Shown here: one piece after another, positions 27,917 to 36,745 of the stretch
How the letters are laid out: the number at the start of each line of letters is the position of its first letter
Numbering within the stretch: position 1 is the stretch's first letter
From: Craspedostauros australis
Lineage: Eukaryota
Assembly: GCA_030167865.1 (NCBI GenBank)
Contig: JALAGF010002412.1
Location: 1-36,745 of the forward strand
DNA: 36,745 bases
Direction: 5' to 3'
The notes under the pieces: model-generated
Told to the model about the DNA's origin: nothing
Databases searched by the model: none
Seen by the model: only the letters and a program-made list of their open reading frames with translations
Position numbers and translations under genes: made by a program

Positions 27917-29523
27917 CTATGTTGCCATGCGGTATTTGCCAGCATCTTCCTTTCGGAACCATTCGACGAACTGGGGAATCCCCTGCTCGATGGGCGTGGT
28001 GGGGTTGTAACCCAGCAGCCTCTGCGCCTTGCGAATGTCGGCGTACGTGACAGGCACGTCGCCCTTCTGCATGCCGACCGAATCAATGACGGCCTTGTGT
28101 CCCACGGATCGCTCGACGAGCCGTATGAAATCCGCGAGCACGATGGGCCGTCCGTTGCCCAAATTGATAATCTCGGGCTGGTGGGTGGTGACGAAGAGGC
28201 CGTTGACGACGCCCTGGACGATGTCGTCCACGTACGTGAAGTCTCGCTTGGAATGGCCGTGGTTGTACATCTTTATCGTCTTGCCTTGGCTGATCTTGTC
28301 CGTGAATATGAACGGGGCCATGTCGGGTCGGCCGTATGGACCGTACACCGTGAAGAAGCGGAGGCCGACCTGTTTGGATTGAATTAGATTAAGTTGTGGG
28401 AGTGGCGGCACATTGTCATGGAAAAGCGGGAAGTGATTTCGGAAATCCCGAGTTCAATGATCGTCGTTGATGTATGGTGTGTCGTTGCAGCGCGAGCAAA
28501 AAGGAAGAACAGTGTGAGCAACGAGGAAGTATCAGCATCGGTGTCGGTAATGCAAGCAATTGCAGGAAACTGCTTGTAGGTGCTGGGGCAATGCCACAAC
28601 AAAACATGTCATGGAATACCATGCAATACAATGCAGTATCATTGTTGCATGATCCACGATCCAGCGATATCGTCCAACCTCCCAGATTGGCAACATCCCC
28701 ACGAAACGACAGACAAGGAACTTACGCTCGATACATTGTGCAAATTGAAGTAGGTATGCGCGATGAGCTCGTCCGCGCGTTTCGTCGCAGCGTAGAGCGA
28801 GGCGGGATCTTCGACGCGATCCGTCTCCGAGAACGGGACCTTGACGTTGTTGCCGTAGACGGACGACGACGACGCGTACACCAAGGTCTCTTTCATGTCG
28901 AGCTTGACCAAGGTCTCGAGGAGCTTGACGAAGCATTCCACATTGTTGCGCGTGTAATCGTAGGGGTGGTCCAGACTGTACCGCACCCCCGCCTGCGCTG
29001 CCAGGTGGATCACCCTCGTGATGCCGTTGTCCCGAATTGTTTTCTCCAAGAGGTCGGTGTCGCACACATCACCTCGCACCAGCGGAATGTTCCGCTTCGC
29101 GAGCTCCGCTATCCTCATCTCCTTGAGGTCCGTCGAATAGTAGCTGTTGATGCTGTCGAATCCCACCGGCTTCATCCCCAGCCGTTCCAGTTCGAGGCAG
29201 GTGTGCATTCCGACGAACCCCGCCGCGCCCGTGACGAGGACGTTGTACTTGGGACCGCTGGGGCCGCGCAGCTGCTCAATGCGGGCCTTCGTCATTGGCT
29301 TGCTCTTGATCTTGTAGGCGTTCTGCAGGTGGTCCTCGACGGAGAATGGCATCGGCTTGGCCTGCACGGACGAAATGCTTTCGTCTCCCAGGATCATGCC
29401 TCTGCCAGCGAGGATTCCAACGCACGACAGCACGCAGCAGATCATCACGAGGTTGATCGATTTGCGTTGATGTTCGGGATGCATCGCTCGCGGCGGCGAA
29501 CCGTTGCTCGTTGGCACCGTCAT
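27917..29523 (-). CDS. GAE: UDP-glucuronate 4-epimerase (extended SDR, GAE family) with N-terminal membrane anchor; exons 29523-28726 and 28369-27917, 416 aa
   Basis: VLVTGAAGFVG, HLAAQAGVRYSL, YASSSSVYG, YAATK | GLRFFTVYGPYGRPDMA, RDFTYVDDIV, GDVPVTYAD. Donor GTAAGT at 28725, acceptor CAG ending at 28370, phase 0. Confidence 0.93.
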
Positions 29524-29532
29524 CTTGTCTTC

Positions 29533-29593
29533 TTCAATTCAATTCAATTCGGTTCAATTCAATTGGATTGGATTCGATTTGATTGGATTCGAT
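29533..29593. repeat. Degenerate pentanucleotide repeat (CAATT/GGATT) just upstream of the GAE start
   Basis: tcaattcaattcaattcggttcaattcaattggattggattcgatttgattggattcgat. Confidence 0.8.
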
Positions 29594-31077
29594 GAGAGAT
29601 GGTCGCTTTCACAATGCCAACAGCTGCAACTGTGTGCTTGAGCTCGCAGAAGGTTCTGCTCGAGAGTGGAGGATGGATCGAAGGCAATACTCGTGCGACC
29701 ACTCCAACGGACTGTGGTTGCTTGGTTGAACTGATCTGCTGTGATCTTCTGTGATCTCGACGCTTTCACAGGTGCAATGAGAGGACAATCACAATTGCTC
29801 TGTCTGCATGAGTGGTGGGAGGCGCGAAGGAGCGAAGTGAGGAGAGGAAATGAAGAAAGGAGGAGAGATGGCGTTGGAACTGCCTCCATTCGTGTTTGAT
29901 TGATTGTTTGTGAACGCGCCTCCTGCATTGCTGGTGCGTGATGGTGTTCCGTTCGTCGTCATTTTCTCTCCCCCTTTGTTCGTCACTTGCGCAGTGTCAG
30001 CCACATGGACAGCAGTCGCTGGCAGGCGCGCAATGCCGAGCCAGGCGACCACCACCATCAACCCGACGAATGACGGATTCATGAAACAACATGTCACGGG
30101 ATTGCATGCGACAGTCTACAAACTAGCGTGTCTAGGCGCTTTTTGGCAACCATTGGCCTATCGCCGACGGCACAAGCTGCCATTCGACGAGTTGATGGTC
30201 GTTTCCTGACATCCTCACATCATTGGAAAGAGGAGAGTGAGAGCTCTCTGTTGATGCGTTCATTGTAGGCAAATAGTCTCCGCTTCCTGTTCATCTCGAT
30301 GTATCTTTTAACCCTTTATCGGCCTTTTTCATACGGACGACGCACAGACGAATACCCGCAATATGATCGTTGCCACCTATTGCTAACTGCTGAGAGTCTA
30401 CGACATCCTGGTACAGAAATTTGTTGCGTTTTGGTCCAATCTCGACCGACGGCCTTCCAAAGACCCGCATCCAATTCTGTTTCGTCAGATTCCCAATTTG
30501 ATGTCATGGCGGAATTCAACACTTCATTCTGCTTTGGGTGGTGTGCTGGTCAGTGGTCTGAAATGCTTTTGTGTGCTGCCTTGTGTGTTTGAAGCAAGTC
30601 AACAATGCTTGTGGCAGCCATGATCATCAATTTGTCAACATCTGAAAGTTTGTGCCAAAAATTGTTGTGCTTTGTACTTATTGTTGATTCGTACTGTGTT
30701 GCTCGCCTGAGTCTCTCTACTTCATGCAATGTTGTGAATTTCCATGACATCGGATCATCCTGCCGTTGCTTTCAATCAACACAGTATCCTCTCCTGCACC
30801 TGTCTATACAGTCTTGGTCTTCGAACCTCACTTCCTCCAAAGATGTACAAACTGCAAGTTCTGTTTGTTGCTTTGCTGTGCACTATCCACACTAGGAAAC
30901 ACCGCTCCCTGATCACGTTCTCCAGCTGAAATCATTGACACTTGTTGTTACACTGTCGCAAAGACTGGTCACTCATCTCATGCTCATGCCATGGGTGAAT
31001 TTGTTGATGCAGTCACCATCCGGGCTGTATCAAACTGCGTTCAAACTATTCTGTGGAAGAAGCCTGATGTTCTCTAC

Positions 31078-31529
31078 TGATCTTCAGCACTGCCATGCCA
31101 CCATGTTGCCATTGAGCTGCATGCCCGCACCTGCAATGACATCCAGTTCTGGTCTAGCATCAAAGCATGTCACATTGACAATGTGTGCAATGTTGTACGC
31201 AGTGCTATTGTTGTTGCTTTCATTCTTGCCATTGTGGCTGTTGCCATTGTCATTGTTGTCATTATTGCTGTTGTTCCAGAAAGCATGCGCCAAGGAGGGA
31301 CCAGCGATGCCACCACCGATGACTGCGATCTTCCGTATTGGTTGGTGGTTCCCACTCCCACTCCCATTGCTGCTGCTACTGCTGCTTCGCTGAGGTGTTG
31401 GAGTGAGGATGACGGCGATGATGGGGATGGTGACGTCAGTGAGTTCGTTGCCACCACCATCCATGCAATGTGGATGACGCCGATCATACTCTTTTGATGC
31501 ATCAACCACGTCATTTTTGTCATTGCCAC
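31078..31529 (-). pseudogene. 5' fragment of an FAD-dependent monooxygenase (Rossmann N-terminus), frameshifted and truncated
   Basis: IRKIAVIGGGIAGPSLAHA...VTCFDARPELDVIAGAGMQLNG, then a frameshift (GMAVLKI) and loss of similarity. A signal-peptide-like start (ATG 31529) lies in another frame. Confidence 0.7.
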
Positions 31530-31714
31530 CGTTTCTGTGATTCTTCTGGTTGTGGCTGTCTCTGTGTTTGGGCGATCAATGAGTGAGGAACCAAGTCAAC
31601 CAGCCAGCATTGTTTGAAATCTCTCTCCAGAAGCAGAGAGAGAGAAGCGAGCGAGAGAGAGAGAGTGTGTGTGTTGGTATACGTACTCTGTGGATAGACA
31701 CTTGATGGCAACAG

Positions 31715-32529
31715 TGTATCGAGATGTACATGTGAGTATATGTCAAGATGTACGTGTATATGTGCATCGTTCACCCATTATTCTCTCATACGCACTTGGA
31801 CGGTAAAACTACATTCGTGTTAATAGTATGCTGTGATTTGTCAAAATCACACCACAAATGGAACACGAAAATGAGCAGAATTTCTGGAGGAAATTTGTAA
31901 TCAACGATTTCTGAGAGAATCAGGAACATCGGTCGTCCATCCATCAATGGAGACGTATGGCATCGAGCGAAGCTCGATGTACCTCCCAACTAATCCCCAG
32001 ATGACGATATCATCTGACAGACCATCGCATCATTGATGGAACATGACATCTGGAGAGCAGAAGGACGCTTACTGACGTCGACAGGATGTCATTGTGTCAC
32101 CATGTCGACATCTGTCTCCATGTCAGAAGCAGAAGGTGAAGATTCGAAGACCGAAGGGCATCGAGATCATGGATGCACGAAGAGGAGTTCAAGTGGCAAG
32201 CACTCATGGAGTAGAAGTCAGTAGTGAACGAACGGAGTGTTGAATGCGGAGCACGCATCGAATACGGAGTATCATGTGGTGCAAATACATGATATTGGGA
32301 GAGAGTGAGAGAGAGGGAATATGAATAGCAGCAAGAGAGCATCTCACGTACTGACTCATAGTCGGAGACCAATCTACGAAACAGAGAGACATGCCGAGAG
32401 CATTGGGCAAGAGAACGGGCGTACACCGAGAGGATTGGAGTGCCAACGTAATGAAATAGCAAACAGAATGACTATCAACCAACACCGTCTTCCACAATCG
32501 TAGGCTTCCGTGCGCAGAACTTGCCAACA
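31715..32529 (+). mobile_element. LTR copy A (~0.81 kb) of a Ty1/copia family, inverted relative to copy B
   Basis: Starts TGTATCGAGATGTACATGTGAG and ends TTGCCAACA. Colinear along its length with the reverse complement of 33582-34367. The left boundary is uncertain by about 2 bp. Confidence 0.85.
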
Positions 32530-33500
32530 GTGTCTTGTATTCGTTGCTCACTGTGCTGAGGATCTGCATGATCATCTCCTCGTCTGTGATCGAGTACTTG
32601 ACATCGTGGAGACGTGAGCGTAGAAGCTCAAGTCGTGTGATGTACACATCGGGGTCTGTGTCTCTCTTCATCTTCTCATTGTTGAATTGACACTTGAGTT
32701 TGATTTTGTTGCTGCGTTGGATGGCCAGAACTTCTCCGTGAGAACTTTCCATGCCACATGTGGATTCCCCTCAGGGTAATCGTCGGAGATGCATTGGTTG
32801 ATGTATTGGATGGCCTGTTTGCCTTTTCCTTTCTCTGCATCCATCATGAGGATCAAATCGCTGAAGCAGTCGGCTGCCAGCTTGTGGGTCTCCTCCATTA
32901 CTTCCTTGGCATCGTCAGTGGCTGCTCCGATCTTGCTCATCGTTGGGATCTTTGTCTGGCCCAACATCACGTCTCTCGTCTTCTGTGTACGAGCGTACGC
33001 CTTTGCTTGGGACTCCCATGCGCTGTAGTCTTCCTGTTCACTGCTGAATATCGGCACCTTGATGCGTCGCTTGTTCGTGTTGGCTGATGTCGCCATCTTG
33101 ACTTGTTTTTTGTTGGTGGTGCGCGCACGCCCTTGATTTCCGTCTGTTCCTGTGTTGTCGTTTCTTCGATTTTTGCTAGTTGTTTCGCGGAGATTGTTTT
33201 CCTCACAATTTCTCCTCCTAATTGTGTCTCACTTTTCCCACCTTGTTTGGCTGTGTGAATGCTCTCCGTCACACCAGTCTCCTCTTGCTTGATCGCCTTG
33301 AGAATGCTCTCCTCCTTGCGATGTAGTCTCCCAAACCGTTCCTCGTCGGTCTTGTCGATTGCGCTTGCTTCTGCGCTAGACAGGACAGTGGGCGCACCCG
33401 CTTCCTTCTGTTGTTGAAGTCGAGTCTCACTCGCACCTTCTTCTTGCTTGATAGCCGGATTGGACAGAGGGATGTCTCTCAATTCCTCTTCCTTGCTCAT
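32530..33500 (-). pseudogene. gag: Truncated Ty1/copia (CoDi-like) gag with apparent frameshifts at ~33100 and ~32705
   Basis: VPIFSSEQEDYSAW...AYA, CFSDLILMMD..KGKQAIQYI...DYPEGNPHVAWKVLTEKFWP / KLKCQF...DPDVYITRLELLRSRL...ITDEEMIMQILSTVSNEY (UBN2 / Retrotran_gag_2-like). Cut off by LTR A; no pol visible. Confidence 0.85.
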
Positions 33501-33581
33501 TCAGCCTGCTGCTCTTGAATGATGTCGTCTTCCTCGTACGATCCGATCCACAGGCTCGCCCTGATCTATTGTTTATAAACG

Positions 33582-34367
33582 TGTTGGCAAGTTTCGCTTA
33601 TGGAAGCCTACGATCGTGGAAGATGGTGTTGGTTGATAGTCGTTCGTTTGCTATTTCATTACATTGGCACCCCGATCCTCTCGGTGTCTGTTCTCTTGCC
33701 CGATGCTCTTGGTGCGTTTGTCCTGTCTTGTAGGTTCAGTCTCCAACTATGAGTCGGTGGGCGAGATGCTCTCTCGCCACTCTTCGTATTCTCTCTCAAT
33801 ATCATGTCCTCGTATTGCACGATACCTCATGTTCGATGCGTGCTCCGCATTCGACACTCCGTTCATTCACTACTGGTTCCTACTCCATGAGTACTTACCA
33901 TTTGAAATTCACCTTCTGTATCCATGATCTTGATGCTCTTCGGTCATCGGATCTTTGCCTCCTGCTCTGACTTGGAGACAGATGTCGACGTGGTGACACA
34001 ATGACATCCTGTTGACGTCAGTAGGCGTCCTTCTGCTCTCCAGATGTCATGTTCCATTGGTGATGCAGGAGTCTGTCAGATGATATTGTCATCTGAGGTT
34101 TAGTTGGGAATTACCTTGAGATTCTCTTGGTACCATTGATGGATGGACGGACGATCTTCCAATTCTCTCAGAAATCGTCGATTGCAAATTTCCTCCAGAA
34201 ATTCTGCTCATTTTCGTGTGTTCCATTTCCACTGTAATTCTGACGAATCACAGCATACTATCAACACGAATGTAGTTTTACCGTCCACGTGCATATGGGA
34301 GAATAACGGGTGAACGATGCACATATACACGTACATCTTGACATATACTCACATGTACATCTCGACA
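33582..34367 (-). mobile_element. LTR copy B (786 bp), probable 5' LTR of the gag-bearing copia element
   Basis: On the minus strand it reads TGTCGAGATG...TTGCCAACA (TG...CA ends) and ends ~80 bp upstream of the gag ORF. Confidence 0.85.
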
Positions 34368-35250
34368 GTTCCGTCAGCTCATCGCTGGTCTCACAGGTGC
34401 ACTGGCTTGATAAGGCGATACTTGGATTCCCCATTGTGTTCATGCAAGGATGGGCTATTTCCCTTGAGGTGTCACTGTTCAGGGTGGATGAAGCAGCTGG
34501 TTGCCTGGCCGAAGTAGGACTTGGTGTCACTGTATTTGTTCTATGACAGCGTCCACACTTTCGTAACAGGCGCCGTGGGTATGCAGACTCCTGGCTTGAT
34601 GCTGGTACACCCAACGTTCAAGTACGTCTGTTCCATGGTGTATGGTACTTTTCTATCATTGTATACTCAGCTACCCAAAGCTCCCTGACCGAGACTATCA
34701 CCAATCAACAATGTGAGGCGTGTGGCAGAGTGCGACGTGGTCGGCATGTCAACGCAAGGAAGCAGCTTTTGGCTCCGTAGATCCCATCCCAGAGATGTTG
34801 GCTTTGGCATCCTCCTTTGTCACTATGCTGCGACGACGCAAACACAACACATGAGCGTCATCAGACGTGTGAGGTTGTTCGTGAATTTGTGGTGCACGAT
34901 CGCGCGAATGGTCGCGACGTGATGCACGCAATTTCTGAGTCGTACATGACTCTCCAATACGTCTTTACGGCGTCCGTTCATGGCACATCCACAACAAATG
35001 TACGAATAATGAATCAATCCACCGCATGCCCCATAAATCAGAACCCAAACGCCGAACAACCAACCAACCAACCAACTCACGTCAGAACCACTCATTCTTC
35101 CATCATTCTTCCGCCATTCCGACCTCCTCTCAGAACGACACGCGGTGGAGAAGACTCCTATTCTCGCATACGTAACCAACACACGCACCATCCATAGAGT
35201 AGATAGACACAGACAGGCAACTAATCAGGCAGACAAAACAGCATCAAGTG

Positions 35251-36745
35251 ATGGCGTCTCACCTGCAGCAGAAACGGAGATTCAACGACTTCGAAAATGC
35301 CAAGGCGCAATGCCTGGGCAAACGGGACAAGTCGTCCGCAGGTCGCATCGATCCGCCAGCTGTCGACATCTGCGCGGTGCTGAACGAGCGTGAGGACTGC
35401 TACACGACGAGCTCCTGCGCGGGGCGTTCCTTCATGCACAGAGGACCCGGTCGCAAGTCGACCACACGCTTCCGATGGTTCCGAATTTCGCACGAGATGA
35501 TCTCGGATCCGATGCGGTGCTTTGATTTGGGCACGATCGACGCCGATCCATCGGGAAGAGGCGATCCAATCCCCACGATTGGCCAGTATGATTACAAGAA
35601 CAACGGGAAACGGTCAAGCGAGACTGTCAATGGCGACGTTGAGAATAACGTTGATAATGACATTGATAATGACGTTGATCAACCGAAAGAGCAAAACGAT
35701 GATGAGGATGCCCAACATGACGCAGATGAAAACGACCAAACCATCTGGCTGAGATGTTAGCCATTCATTCTGCATGTCGCGTGACGATTGTTGGCGGCGG
35801 CATCCGCTCTCATGGCCGCAGCCAGACCGGCATTCAAGAATGTGGGATTGACGACGTGGAAGAACGACCGCATCTATCTGGTTGCGGTCTGGAGCGACGA
35901 AGGATTGGAGATGCCGACGTGCACGAGATGGGGATCGCCGCTGTACTCGTACGGAGTGAACAAGTCGAACGCGGAGAAGCAGGGGGCACAAATGAAGATG
36001 CCGGCCTGAACGAGGTGAATGAGCAGCACGCGCAGATGTCGCACTGGCTGATGCAGCTCGCGAACGAGAGGCACGGACGAAACTGGGAGAAGATCGATCA
36101 GTTTGTGGAGAGCGTGCGTGCCATAGGTCCTCCTGTTGATGCAGCTCCTATTGATGTCGCACAACATGGCCAGGATGAAGGGAGTGCGCTGGATCTGATC
36201 GGATCGACCGATGGTGGCGACAATGTAACGCGGCAACGCATGATGCCAAAGAGGTTCGATGTCATCGGCGATGTCGCATACCTCCATTCCTTGCCAGATG
36301 GCGACGACAACTCGCACACACCGGAAGAGATGGGCAAGGCCATAATGAAGAAGAACAAGGCGACCAAGATGGTCGTTGTGCGCGAGTCCAACATGGAATG
36401 CAGCGAACGGGCACCTGAATCGTTGCGGATCTTGGTAGGAGCACAGCGATCGCCACTCATCACGACGCATACCGAGTACGGTATCAAATGCGTCGTGGAT
36501 CTCGAGCAAACCTTCTTCACTCCGAGGATGGGACCGGAGCGGCTGCGGATCTGCCAGCAGGTGGCAAGAGGAGAACGCGCATTGGTGTTGTTTGCTGGCG
36601 TCGCCATGGACGCACTCCAAATCGCTGGGCGGACGGAAGCATCTGCTGTCATCGCCGTTGAGCTGAACGAGGTGGCGGGGCGTTGTGCGCATCTCGCTCA
36701 TGCGATGCTGAAGCGGAACAAGGCGGTGAAGTGCACCGGTGCCTC
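35251..36745 (+). pseudogene. TYW3: Disrupted TYW3 (wybutosine methyltransferase) - Trm5/TYW2 (Met-10+)-like fusion gene, running off the window
   Basis: TYW3: DKSSAGRIDP...LNEREDCYTTSSCAGR...IWLRC*PFILHVA*RLL...AFKNVGL...GLEMP...LANERHGRNWEKIDQF. Stops at 35758 and 35782, frameshift near 35985. Then open to the window end with FDVIGDVA, THTEYGIKCVVDLEQTFFTPRMGPERLRI...VARGERALVLFAGV...IAVELNEVA. Confidence 0.85.

Noticed and set aside
31715-34367. DIRS-type retroelement or TIR DNA transposon with long inverted ends
   Set aside because: The arms have TG...CA LTR ends and are too diverged to be one element's termini. The internal ORF is copia-type gag, with no tyrosine recombinase or transposase.
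35758-35784. Alternative genetic code or selenocysteine recoding in TYW3
   Set aside because: Both TAG and TGA occur together with a frameshift and nearby missense changes, while neighbouring genes use standard stops. Pseudogenisation is the simpler explanation.

Overview
Eukaryotic genomic window, most consistent with a pennate diatom (GT-AG introns, a bipartite plastid-targeting presequence, a cyclase-PDE chimera, a CoDi-like copia gag; the taxon is inferred). A CpG-rich gene core (~12.3-29.5 kb) holds an inositol polyphosphate 5-phosphatase with a C2 domain, a large transmembrane nucleotide cyclase-phosphodiesterase fusion, two hypothetical proteins, an HSF transcription factor and a UDP-glucuronate 4-epimerase. 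The left TE-rich flank holds a PIF/Harbinger transposase, a ~5.2-kb decayed DNA transposon and an ankyrin-coiled coil-BTB gene. The transposon has an ATAT duplication, 15-bp TIRs, palindromic subterminal repeats and one relic gene that joins a YqaJ/lambda-exonuclease-like PD-(D/E)XK domain to piggyBac-like C-terminal motifs. The ankyrin gene has near-identical 102-bp repeats that vary mainly at ligand-contact positions. The right flank holds an FAD-monooxygenase fragment, two related ~0.8-kb LTRs in inverted orientation around a truncated copia gag, and a disrupted TYW3-Trm5/TYW2-like fusion gene running off the window. All calls come from reading motifs by eye; no database searches were run.
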